NCBI GenBank assembly: GCA_963850905.1
Contig: CAWKMU010000003.1
Span: 1,152,001 to 1,216,000, forward strand
Length of the DNA stretch: 64,000 nucleotides
Source of the DNA: an uncultured Gemmatimonadales bacterium
GTDB lineage: Bacteria > Gemmatimonadota > Gemmatimonadetes > Gemmatimonadales > Gemmatimonadaceae
Direction of reading: 5' to 3'
The notes under the pieces: generated by a model
Told to the model about the DNA's origin: nothing
Seen by the model: only the letters and a program-made list of their open reading frames with translations
Databases searched by the model: none
Part shown: positions 32,644-43,200 of the stretch, in pieces
How the letters are laid out: each line of letters begins with the position of its first letter
Position numbering within the stretch: position 1 is the first letter of the stretch
Position numbers and translations under genes: made by a program

Positions 32644-34229
32644 CCAGAGGTGCTCGGTTGCGCTGGTGTGGCGCCGCCGTTACCCGCTGGCACAAGGCCG
32701 CGGATGTTGACCTTCGCGCCCGGCGTCAACCGGGATTGTCCATCGGTCACGACCTGTTGACCCTCGGTCAGACCGGATGCGATCACGGCGGTGTTGGCCG
32801 ACGTACGTTCGATGACGACATTTTGTTGGCGCGCCGTGCCCGATTGATCGACGAGGTAGACGTACGTGCCCTGCTGGCCCATCACGACCGCTTGCGCGGG
32901 CACCACGAGGGCATTCTCCTCGGTGAAGAGACGGATCGACGTCGAGACGAACTGTCCCGGCCACAGCGTCCGGCTCACGTTCGGGAAGGTCGCCTTGAGC
33001 AGGACCGTGCCGGTCGTCGTATCGACCTGATTGTCGACGAGGCTCAAGGTGCCCTGCTCCGCAGAGGGCATAGGGACTCCGGGAAGTCCCGGCATGGACG
33101 CGGGCCGTCGCTGACGCATGGCGCCACCGCTGGCCGTCGCGCTGTCACCGCCCACCCCATGTCGCTGACCGCCCGAGGCTCCCGCAGTATTGGGAGGACC
33201 GTCCGCACCGCCCCCGGCGGTTGGCGAGCTGCCGGCGGTCGCGGGACCGGTGCCCGCGGGATCCGCCGCGGCACCAGTCGCTCCACCCGCAGGCTGCCCG
33301 CGGTGTCCGCCACGATGGCCATTGCCAGACCCATTCCCGGTAGACGTGCCTATTGGCGGTCCGCTCGGAGGGCCGCCGGCCGAGCCGTTTGCCGCGGATC
33401 CAGGCGCCGGGTCATCGCCGGCGCCCACGGACTGGCCTTGCTGGTCGTCGCTCGACTCGGTCGTATAGGCGGGTGTCGGGCCGTTGAGCGTCGGCTGCGC
33501 GGTCGCACTCGGCGGCAGACCTGGCACGACGGTGACGGGCAATGCCCCGTTGCTCTTGGCGGCGTACTGCTGAATAGCGGGAAGCGTCGTCGCCGGCACC
33601 GCGAAGTGCACCAGGATCGGTTGAATCTGATTGATGAGTACGAGGGGCTGCGCCGTGCCTGAGCGAACCAGGTTCCCCTTCTTGACCAGCAGCTGTCCCG
33701 TCCGACCACCGATTGGGGCGGTGATCGTGGTCCATTGCAGGTTGATCCGGGCCTGTTCGAGCGCCGCGCTGTCCGCCTGGGTGGCGGCTGCGCTCGAACC
33801 CTCGGCCGCGATCATTTGGTCGAGTGTCTCCTTCGTGGCGTAGTCCTTCTGCACCAGTTGGGTGTATCGCTCAGCCTCTGCCTTGGCGTCGGTCCACGTC
33901 GCGAGATCCTTGGCCAGGTTGGCGGCCGCCTGATCGAGCGCCGCCTTGTACGGCTGCGGATCGATCTGGAACAGGATCTGACCCTCCTTCACCTCGTCAC
34001 CTTCCTTGAACGTGACTCGGGTCAGGATTCCGCTGACCTGGGCCTGGACCTGGGCCGTCTGCATCGGCTCGACGGTCCCATTGGCGATGATGTTATAGGG
34101 CACATTCCAATGCGTGACGCGTGCAACCGCCACGGGCACCGGGAGTTGCTTCTGCTTGCCCTTGTCATTGCTGCAACTGACAGTAACGAGCAAGGCGGCC
34201 GCTACGGCGCCTAGCGTGCGTGAATTCAT
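32640..34229 (-). CDS. RND periplasmic adaptor (MdtA-like MFP) with large low-complexity insertion
   Basis: Lipobox TVSC; motifs FKEGDEVKEGQILFQIDP, TITAPIGGRTG, VDNQVDTTTGT, LWPGQFV. TGA overlaps the ATG of permease 1. Confidence 0.92.
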   Translation of the reverse strand: MNSRTLGAVAAALLVTVSCSNDKGKQKQLPVPVAVARVTHWNVPYNIIANGTVEPMQTAQVQAQVSGILTRVTFKEGDEVKEGQILFQIDPQPYKAALDQAAANLAKDLATWTDAKAEAERYTQLVQKDYATKETLDQMIAAEGSSAAATQADSAALEQARINLQWTTITAPIGGRTGQLLVKKGNLVRSGTAQPLVLINQIQPILVHFAVPATTLPAIQQYAAKSNGALPVTVVPGLPPSATAQPTLNGPTPAYTTESSDDQQGQSVGAGDDPAPGSAANGSAGGPPSGPPIGTSTGNGSGNGHRGGHRGQPAGGATGAAADPAGTGPATAGSSPTAGGGADGPPNTAGASGGQRHGVGGDSATASGGAMRQRRPASMPGLPGVPMPSAEQGTLSLVDNQVDTTTGTVLLKATFPNVSRTLWPGQFVSTSIRLFTEENALVVPAQAVVMGQQGTYVYLVDQSGTARQQNVVIERTSANTAVIASGLTEGQQVVTDGQSRLTPGAKVNIRGLVPAGNGGATPAQPSTSG

Positions 34230-34390
34230 CGGGGGATAAAAGTCGTGTGTGGGGGGGCGAGGCGAACGTGCATGCCCCCATACAAAATACTTACGCGCGA
34301 GGCGCGAAATAGTTGGTCGGCGCTTGGCGCCCCGGACGAGGCGATCCAGCCGACCGGGATGGCTCGACGGGCCCGTCATTGACGAAATCC

Positions 34391-35935
34391 TCATCGTGGG
34401 GGCGATTTATGGGATGAGTCGGCGGACAGGCTCAGATTGGCCTCCCCGTGGACCCCGATGATGCCGACGTCATGCGACAACTGGGCAAGGCTCGAGTACC
34501 AGATCCACCGCGCCGAGGCTTCCTGTGACCGGGCGCTGTCGAGAGCGGCCTGAGCCGTAAGGACCGTGAGAATGCTGCCGACTCCTGCTTTGTACTGGCC
34601 CAAAGCCAAGTCGTATGACGCCTGGGCGCTCGCGAGGAGATCGTCAGAGGTTTTCACCCGGGAGGTGGCCGTTCCGAGGTTGTAATAGGACGTGAACACC
34701 TGGTTGACGACGACATCCCGCTCGTAGTCCACGTTCGCAGCGCTCGCCTTCGCTAACTCACTGGCCTGTTTGATGTTAAACCAGTTAGGAACATTAAGGA
34801 TCGGAATGGAGATGCCGAGCGTTGCGGTAAGCACACTTTGGTTCAGCCTCGGCACATCGTAACTCGTCCGGAAACCGGTTGCGCCGAAGGTCAGTGACGG
34901 CAGCCCCTGGCCTCGGACGATACCGACCTCGGCCTTTGCCTGCCGAGCCTGCGCGCGAAATGCGGCAAGGTCCGGTCGCGATCGAACAGCCCGCTCGACA
35001 AGCGTATCGACACTCTCCGTGACGGATTGGATTGGGACGTTCGGCGGCTCGGGGGAAATGTCGTAGGGGATTGTCGCTGGAACTCCCATCGCCACAGCCA
35101 ACGAGCCGCGAGTCGTCTGGACGGTGGCCAAATCAGTTTCGAGCGTCAGGATGGCCTGCGACAACGTGGTTTGGGCCTGCAGGACGTCGGAGTTCGTGGC
35201 CACGCCCACTTGCTTGCGAGCCTGCGCCGCGGCGAGGTTGGCGCTGTCTTCACGCACGCTTTGCGAATCGCCCTGTACGATGGCTTTGGCCGCGTTGTAG
35301 CTGAAATACGCCTGCTCGACAGTCAGAATCGACAGCTGCACCGCCGCGTTGAAATTGAACGATGCCGCGAATGCTGCCTGCTTGGCGTAATTGAAGGAAG
35401 GCATTTCGCCGAAGCTGAAGAGCAACCAGGAGACTGACCCACTGCCTTCCTCGAACGTGTGGAACGCGCTGCCTTGAACAACGACGCCGGAGCTAGTCCC
35501 CGATGCCCCCGAAGCCAAGATGGTTCCTTGGCGCTCCACGAACCCTGACACTGTGGCCTGCGGGAGATACGCCCCGTATGCCGCGCCGATGGTCGCACCC
35601 GCGGCACGTGCTTGGTGGTAGGACTCGCGCGTGAGCGGATTATTGGACATCGCGATATCAACAACATCAGGAAGTGTCAATTTCGCGAGCCGGGGCTCGA
35701 TGTCCGGCGGGACTGGCGTTTGGGGTATAGAATCGCGCGTCACCGCGGCCTTTGGAGGATCCCAGTACTGATTGGGTTTGGTCGGCGCGGCAGGCTTGCC
35801 CCCTACATGCGGGATGCACCCGCCGCCGAAGCACAGGAGCCCCAGCGTCGTGGCGATGCCCGCTGTACGAAGAGGGCCGCGGCGGGAATAGTCGGCGCGC
35901 GGCCTGGCTAGGTCGGTTGAGGTCACGGAATTCAT
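34391..35935 (-). CDS. TolC-family outer-membrane efflux protein
   Basis: Lipobox-like GGGC; LTLPDVVDIAMSNNP, RSRPDLAA, QYKAGVGSILTVLTAQ; upstream of MFP and RND genes. Confidence 0.9.
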   Translation of the reverse strand: MNSVTSTDLARPRADYSRRGPLRTAGIATTLGLLCFGGGCIPHVGGKPAAPTKPNQYWDPPKAAVTRDSIPQTPVPPDIEPRLAKLTLPDVVDIAMSNNPLTRESYHQARAAGATIGAAYGAYLPQATVSGFVERQGTILASGASGTSSGVVVQGSAFHTFEEGSGSVSWLLFSFGEMPSFNYAKQAAFAASFNFNAAVQLSILTVEQAYFSYNAAKAIVQGDSQSVREDSANLAAAQARKQVGVATNSDVLQAQTTLSQAILTLETDLATVQTTRGSLAVAMGVPATIPYDISPEPPNVPIQSVTESVDTLVERAVRSRPDLAAFRAQARQAKAEVGIVRGQGLPSLTFGATGFRTSYDVPRLNQSVLTATLGISIPILNVPNWFNIKQASELAKASAANVDYERDVVVNQVFTSYYNLGTATSRVKTSDDLLASAQASYDLALGQYKAGVGSILTVLTAQAALDSARSQEASARWIWYSSLAQLSHDVGIIGVHGEANLSLSADSSHKSPPR

Positions 35936-36089
35936 TACGCAGTGAACGAGAGTTTTGTTCGGTGGGGGAGAGGCCGAGTTCCGGGAATCGCGACCTAGGT
36001 TACGCTGAGCAAGCTGTCAGGCCGGTGACGAAGGCAGGTCAGGCGCGCGGGTCGTCGCAGTGCCCCGGAACCCGGAAACCCAATGTTGT

Positions 36090-38015
36090 TCAACGGTCGT
36101 TCGATCGATCGTCCAGAGCTCGGAGCTCGTCGGCGGCGCCGAGTAGATAGCCAATGTCGCGCGAGAGGGCGCTTGCCTGCTCCGTGACGCCCGCCACACC
36201 ATCGGCCCCGGAGCTTGCGTTGGAGACGCGGAAACGAACGAGGTCGAGATACAGCGTCTGCAGCATGATGCTGGCGCGATCCAACTGGCTCGCGAGCTCC
36301 GTGCGATGACTGGCGAGCGCCGAACGCTGAGTCGGTGGGCTGTCGACATCAATTCGGTGGAGCGCGGCCGCGAGCGCTCCGACTTGGCTCGCCAGCCCCT
36401 TGGCCGTGGCTTCAGCATTCGGCACCTGCTCCCGCTCGCGCTTATCGAGACCCACGACGATGTCGTGGATGCGATCCCGATCGAGCGCCGCTCGACGCAC
36501 GATGGCACCAAACGGTCCTGCCAGAACCGCAGGTGGTGCGAGTGAGGACGCGGATGGAACCGCCTCGAAAGTCCCCTGTGCGCCGGCCAGACCTTGTCGT
36601 TGAATCGGGGCCGGCATCGCCGAGGGTGGAGAAAACACTTCCCTCAAACTGATGTGGTCTTTCCAGAGCGACCCATACGAGAGAAAGATCGTCAGACCGA
36701 GCCCAAGGTCCGGATAAATCGCCCAGAACTCGTGGGGCGACGTGACGAGGCTCAGGGCGGACAGGAACAGCATAGAGCCACCCATCGACACCAGTGCGCC
36801 GCGAAATCTGTTGATCTTGCGTTGGCGCGGATCCGAGGGCTCGAGCTCTTCTTGATGCTTGCGAGCGCGCCTGAGGGCTTTTTGCTGGGCGCGCGTCAGG
36901 GCCGCAGGAGGCGCTGCGATCGGGATAGGGCCCGGTACTGGAGCACCGTATTGCAGCAGCGGTGAAGCAAACACCGCGGCCGGCGGAGGCGGCGCGAACG
37001 GCGGCGGCGCGGCTGCCGCCGCGGGCGAGCCGGGGATGCGCGGTGCGCTCGATGTTCCCGCCAAGTCAGGGGCAGTATCGGGTGCGTCGAGCGCTTTCAG
37101 GAAGGCGGTCGCGTTCGGAAACCGCTGGTCCGGATCCTTCGCGAGCAGTCGCATCGTCGCTGCTGCGAGTCCGGGCGGTACCCAGGGTGCACGTTGACTC
37201 AGGGGCGGCGGCGCTTCGGAGATCTGCTTGACGAGAATGGACGCGGAGCTCGAGCCGGTGAACGGCAGCGTGCCGCTCAACATTTGGAACGCCAGCACGC
37301 CGAGCGAATAGAGGTCGCTCCGTCCATCGATCTCCCTATCGCCCGCGCACTGTTCGGGACTCATGTAAGCCGGTGTGCCGATCACGACACCGGTGGCTGT
37401 GAGCCGCGAGTCCATTCCCGCGGTGACGGCGCGCGCGATGCCGAAATCCGACACCATGACCCGTTCGCCGTCGTTAGCGAGCAGGATGTTGTCCGGCTTG
37501 ATGTCGCGGTGAATCACGCCGTGGGCATGTGCGTATGCGAGGGCGGATGCGATCTGGCGGAGGATTCGCCGCGTTTCGTCGATGCCCAGCGGACCGGCGG
37601 CGGCCCTGAGGCGCTGTGCCAGGGTCTGGCCGTCGACGAACGCCATGACGAAGTAGACCAGGCCCTCGCGTTCGTCGACGCTGTAGATCGGGACGATATT
37701 CGGATGCGTCAGCTGCGCCGCGGTTTCGGCTTCATGTAGGAACCGCGTTCGGATATCGGATCGGAAGGCGAGATCCGGCGGCAGTACCTTGACCGCGACC
37801 GCTCGTTTGAGGCGTCGATCGAGGGCGTGGTACACGATACCCATCCCCCCCCGGCCGATTTCCCGGTCCACGTCAAACGAGGACCCCAGCGCGCGGGTGA
37901 CCCGGGAGCCGAGCTCGGCATCAGGAGATGGAGGGGCTGCTGCCGGCTGGCTTGGCGGGTCAGCTGGCGGGCCTGCTGGGCTCGAAGCGGGAGGCACTGG
38001 ATCGGATTGGGGCAC
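36090..38015 (-). CDS. Hanks-type Ser/Thr protein kinase with 2TM segment and C-terminal coiled coil
   Basis: IGRGGMG, VAVKV, HRDIKPDN, DFG, GTPAYMSPEQ, SDLYSLG. Confidence 0.95.
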   Translation of the reverse strand: MPQSDPVPPASSPAGPPADPPSQPAAAPPSPDAELGSRVTRALGSSFDVDREIGRGGMGIVYHALDRRLKRAVAVKVLPPDLAFRSDIRTRFLHEAETAAQLTHPNIVPIYSVDEREGLVYFVMAFVDGQTLAQRLRAAAGPLGIDETRRILRQIASALAYAHAHGVIHRDIKPDNILLANDGERVMVSDFGIARAVTAGMDSRLTATGVVIGTPAYMSPEQCAGDREIDGRSDLYSLGVLAFQMLSGTLPFTGSSSASILVKQISEAPPPLSQRAPWVPPGLAAATMRLLAKDPDQRFPNATAFLKALDAPDTAPDLAGTSSAPRIPGSPAAAAAPPPFAPPPPAAVFASPLLQYGAPVPGPIPIAAPPAALTRAQQKALRRARKHQEELEPSDPRQRKINRFRGALVSMGGSMLFLSALSLVTSPHEFWAIYPDLGLGLTIFLSYGSLWKDHISLREVFSPPSAMPAPIQRQGLAGAQGTFEAVPSASSLAPPAVLAGPFGAIVRRAALDRDRIHDIVVGLDKREREQVPNAEATAKGLASQVGALAAALHRIDVDSPPTQRSALASHRTELASQLDRASIMLQTLYLDLVRFRVSNASSGADGVAGVTEQASALSRDIGYLLGAADELRALDDRSNDR

Positions 38016-38200
38016 CGGGACCGGGCGCGCGGGGAGACGAAGGCCGGCGCTCGGTGTGTGAGCCGTGCGACAGCCTGCCTGCGACAGATACTCTACCTGC
38101 TGCGAGAGATACTACGGTAGGACAGGTACCGGAACAACGGCCGTAACCGCGTTCGGTTTCGATCGTATCCCGTTGGTACTATCGAGACGGACGTTTTCTC

Positions 38201-39410
38201 TTGGACAGTTCCTCACCTAGAAGATCGGGAGAGCAAGCAGCCCCAGTAGGGGCGCCGGGCTCCCTGGAAGGCGCGCCGACCCCACGACCTCCTCGTCCTC
38301 GGGCTCGACCGCCAGTTCGGAAGCGCCGCACGAAGTGGGAACGCCGGCTCTCATCGCCCAAGATTCCTTGGGTGGCCGGCGGCCTGGTGCTCGTGGGGCT
38401 CAGTTGGGCCTTGGCGTGGCGACACCGTGCGGCCGGACGTCCCGAGTACGCGCTCGCCCAGATTGCCACCGCCATTCAGCACGGAGACGGGACCAAGCTC
38501 GCGTACTACGCGGACATGAGCGCGTTCACGGACCAGATCGTCAACGAGACCGTGGACTGGTTAGCTGCGCGACGGGGCCTCGATGAAGCCGTTGCGGGTG
38601 GCGGCTCGGAGCAGCGGGGGACTCGCTCAGCGCGTCTCCAGGATGCCAAGGAAACGCTCAGCGATCGCCTCGGTCGGGCCACGTCGGCCGCACTCGAATT
38701 GCCCGACCAGGAAAAGCAGGCCGTAGGGTCGCGCATGATCGACGCCTTTATCGGCCAGGCCCCGCTGGCCACCATCATGGATGGGGACCATTTGGATGTC
38801 CGATCAGTCGACCGGCCGCTGATCGATGGGACCACCGCAAGGATTCCCGTGACACTGCGCTACCGCGAGCTCGTGGTCGATGTGAAGGTCGCCCTCGTGC
38901 TGCAGCGCAATGGCCAACAATGGCGGTTGGTGGGGATTTCCGGCCTGTCGAACGCTCTGAGCGCGGTCGACAACGCACAGTTCGAGAGGGTCGCCCTCGC
39001 CAATCGGCCGCGCCAAGGGGATCTCGAGCGTCTGGTCGGGATTGGCGCGCCACAGGTGGAACACGTGAAGCCGCGCCGAGCGCGGCCGCTGTATCGATTG
39101 CAGGTTACCGTTACCAATCAGGCGCCCGACTCCATCACCGGGATCACGCTGCTCTTGGCTGCGAGGGGATCTGATGACGACCATGCGACCTCCCTCTCGG
39201 TCGAACACGCCATCCCCTCCGGGCACGACCTCGGCTGAGACGTGGGAGTTCGACGAAGCGGCTACTCGCGGCACCCGTCTGGCCGCCCTGCTTTCGCATC
39301 CCGACCGCCTGACGCTCCGCACCCGCAGCATTGTGCTGGATACTGCGGGGCAGGCGGATACCGTACGGCTGATTCGGAGTTATCGGGAGATTGTGAAGGA
39401 CGAGAACTAA
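38201..39410 (+). CDS. Hypothetical membrane-anchored protein (frameshift at ~39225)
   Basis: 345-aa ORF with one TM helix continues in another frame (PGTTSAETWEFDEAA...EIVKDEN*) to the TAA at 39410. Confidence 0.6.
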
Positions 39411-39417
39411 CCGGCCG

Positions 39418-39816
39418 CTAGTACGGAGCTATCGTCAACTGAATGTCGTCCCCCGGATTCACCACCACCATCTCGCCGACCTCGGCCGCGGTGCCGCCGA
39501 CGGGGTCCGCCACGAAGTGCAAGTGGGCGGCTCCGCCGTCGACGAACGACTTCGGGATCTCGAAGGTCGTCGTCCCCAGCCCCGTTGCCAGACCTAATCT
39601 CCAACGCTGACCGGCATCCGTGACGACGTAGATGTCGAAATCCGGGGTCTCCTGGTTTTCGACCGTCAGTTGCGCCGGCCCGTACTGCTCTTCCATCTCC
39701 GGATTTGTGTGGTGGCCGGCGCATGCCGCGATGCCGCCAGCGGCCAGCATGAGGGCGGCCCAGTATCCGGCCCGTGCCACTGCCCTCCTCGATACCCGCT
39801 GCGCGGTGCCACGCAT
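39418..39816 (-). CDS. Hypothetical lipoprotein
   Basis: GGAGG RBS, lipobox IAAC and a single beta-sandwich domain (LTVENQ..DFDIYVV...RLG..TGLGTTTFEIP). Confidence 0.7.
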   Translation of the reverse strand: MRGTAQRVSRRAVARAGYWAALMLAAGGIAACAGHHTNPEMEEQYGPAQLTVENQETPDFDIYVVTDAGQRWRLGLATGLGTTTFEIPKSFVDGGAAHLHFVADPVGGTAAEVGEMVVVNPGDDIQLTIAPY

Positions 39817-40263
39817 CCTGGGACCTCCGATTTGGAGTGAGCAGCTCGACGCCGCACCGTCTGACGGCAGGCATCCGTGGGGCATTTTGGTAGGCGGATC
39901 CCGCAACACGTGCGGCATTCATGCCACGGGGGACGGGCCGGAATGTAGCCCTTGAGCCAGCCCATTGTCCCCGCGCGGACGCAATTCTTGCAAACACTAT
40001 TCTACGACTTCGCCACTCGCGTGCAACGAACCCGGCGGGCGCACAGAGCGGCCATCGCCCTAAGCAGATTGCGAGTCACGCGGCCGTGCTCGTTCGCGTG
40101 AGTGCACCCTGCGACGAGTTCCCGCACCTCTCCCTGGTCCCTGATTCCACATATAATGCACGTTCCATGCGCCCAGCCCCTGTCACTCCCGGCCACCGCG
40201 TCTCGCGGTGTACGTGCCATGCCGTGTCTCCGGTACGCCGTATGAAAGTGCTGGTCTGACGGC

Positions 40264-43200
40264 ATGCCGACGACACGGGGGGACCTGGCGAGCTGGCTGT
40301 TCGGGCGGCGCAGGGGCGGGACGCCCCGGGCAGGGAGCAGTGCGGACGCCGAGCGGTTCGCCGGACCGATTCGCGGCGAGCTCCTAGGCAGCGAGGGCTT
40401 GGCCGAGCATGCCCGGGCGCTCGCTCGGCAGCAGCGAGTCGCACCGGTAAGCCCGCGTGCGCGCCCCCTGGCGCGCGGCGCACGGCCGCTTCTCAACCGC
40501 CTCGATGAGACCCGTCAGATCCTCGAGTCCACACGTGCGACGCTGGCCGCGGCGGTCCAGCGTGGTGCGGATATCAGCCCCGCCGGCGAATGGCTGCTCG
40601 ACAACTTCTACGTCATTCAGGAGCACTTGCGCGAGATCCGCGCGAGCATGCCGCGAGGCTACTACCAGGAGCTGCCCAAACTGGCTGCGGGGACGCTCAC
40701 GGGGTACCCGCGCGTCTATGAGATCGCGATCAGCTTGATCGGCCACACCGAAGGTCACGTCGAGTTGGAGCACGTCCAGCTCTTCGTGCGCGAGTTCCAG
40801 CGCGGCGCGACGTTGACGACCGGCGAGTTGTGGGCGGTCCCGACGATGCTCCGCCTCGGGCTCATGGAGAACATCCGGCGGATGGCGCTGCGCACGCTGC
40901 AACGCCTGGAAGAGGTGGAGGCCGCCGACGGGTGGGCCGAGCGGTTGCGAAACGCGAGTGACGCAGGTGCGGCTCCCCTGGCGACCGCGTTGGCGTCGTT
41001 CGTGGGTGGGCATCCGCCGTTGACGCCGACGTTCGTCGCTCGATTTCTCCAGCAGCTGCGGACCTACCAGACCAACTTCACACCGCTCGTGTGGCTCGAG
41101 CAATGGATCGCCGAAGACAGCCTGAGTGCGGAGGACGCGGTCTCTCGGTCGAATCAGCGGTTGGCACTGACGCAGGTCATGATGGCCAACAGCATCACGA
41201 GCCTGCGCACGATCGCGCGACTGGATTGGTCCGCGTTCGTCGAGGGGGCAAGTGCGGTCGAGGCGGTGTTGCGCCGCGACCCGACGGGTGCCTACCCGAT
41301 GATGACCTTTGGCACCCGCGACAGGTACCGTCACGTCGTCGAGGACATTGCCAAGGGTACGGGCCTCGAGGAGCGGGATGTCGCGCAACGGGCGCTCGAG
41401 CTGGCACAACAAGCGTGGGCGTCGCTCGTGTCGGCTGAATCGGGCAACGGGGTGCGGCCGCCCGCCGCGCCGGGAGAGCTCTCGAGCGCCGAGGCGGCGG
41501 AGCTCGAGACGGCTCGCCGCCCTAGCCACGTCGGATACTACCTGGTCGATGTCGGGCGAGCGCAGCTGGAGGCGAGCACGCGCTTCCAGCCCCGGTTCGG
41601 ACTGCGTGTCCACCGGTGGGTCCTCAACCACGCCGATCCGGTGTACTTCGGCGGCATCACGCTGTTGACGATCGGGCTGCTGGCCATCGCCTTCCGACTC
41701 GTCGGGCCGTTGGGACTCGGTGCGCAGTTCACGGTGCTGTTGTTCGCGTTGATCCCCGCCAACGACATCGCGATCAGCATCATGCACCAGTTGGTGACGG
41801 TGCTGCTGCCGCCTCGCATTCTGCCAAAACTCGACTTCGAGGATTCCGGCATTCCGGCGTCAGGGCGGACGGTGGTCGTCGTGCCCACGCTGCTCGGCAG
41901 CGTCGACGCGGTGAGGGAGGCGCTCGAGCACCTCGAGGTCCAGTACCTGGCGAATCGCGATCCCCATCTGCAGTTCGCGATCCTGAGCGACTTCACCGAT
42001 GCCACCGCATCGACGTGCGAGGGTGACGGCGCCATTCTCGATGCGGCCGTGCAAGGCATCGAAGCGCTGAACGTGCGGTACCCGGCCAGTCCTGGACAGG
42101 GCGACAGCTTCTTTCTGTTTCATCGCCATCGCCTCTGGAACCCGCGCCAGAAGGTGTGGATGGGGTGGGAGCGGAAGCGCGGCAAGCTCGCGCAGTTCAA
42201 TCGGTACCTGCGCGGAGGCGTGCGCGACGCGTTCTCGGTCATCGCCGGTGACACGCGGCTGCTTCCGCAGGTGCGCTACGTCATCACGCTCGACTCCGAC
42301 ACCGTGTTGCCGCGCGGGACGGCGGCCACGCTCGTGGGCGCCATGGCGCATCCGCTCAACCGGGCGATTTACGATCCCGCGAGCGGTCGGGTCGTTGCGG
42401 GATACGGCATCCTGCAGCCACGCATTGGCATCACGCTGACGAGTGCCAACCGCTCGCGATTCGCGGCCATCTACTCCGGCCATCCGGGAGTCGATCCGTA
42501 CACCACTGCGGTCTCCGACGTCTATCAGGACCTGTTCGCCGAGGGGAGCTATACCGGGAAAGGCATTTACGATGTCGACGCCTTCGAGCTGGCGACGCAC
42601 GGGCGCTTTCCCGAGAACACGCTGCTCAGCCACGACCTGATCGAGGGCGCGTACTCGCGTGCGGCCCTGGCGACCGACATTGAGCTGTACGACGACTTCC
42701 CGACGCGCTACCTGACCTACACGCGACGCAAGCACCGGTGGATCCGGGGCGACTGGCAGTTGCTGCGTTGGCTGGGTAGGCGTGTGCCGGGGCCGGACGG
42801 TCCGGAACCGAACCGGCTGTCGGCGATCTCTCGCTGGAAGATCTTCGACAATCTGCGGCGCAGCGTCGTCGAGATCGCCCAGCTCGTGCTGCTCGTCGCC
42901 GGATGGCTCTTTCTGCCCGGCACGCCGCTCGTCTGGACAGCCCTCGTCGTGGCGGGCATCGCCTCACCGTGGGCGTTTTCGCTCGCCTTGTCAGTGGTGC
43001 GGCTCCCCAGCGGACGATTCGTGGCGCGCGTATTACCGCGCGATTGCTCGGGATGCAGTCGACGAGCCTCCAGCAGATTGCGCTGGCGATCGTCTTCCTC
43101 CCGCACCAGGCGGCGGTATCGGCGGATGCCATCGGGCGCACATTGTGGCGGCACGTCGTCACTCGGCGCCTCCTGCTCGAGTGGCAGACCGCCTCGCAGG

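Noticed and set aside
39912..39928. sigma54-like GG-N10-GC on the minus strand upstream of the 39816 lipoprotein
   Set aside because: The -12 element (CCGC) matches poorly and could arise by chance in GC-rich DNA.
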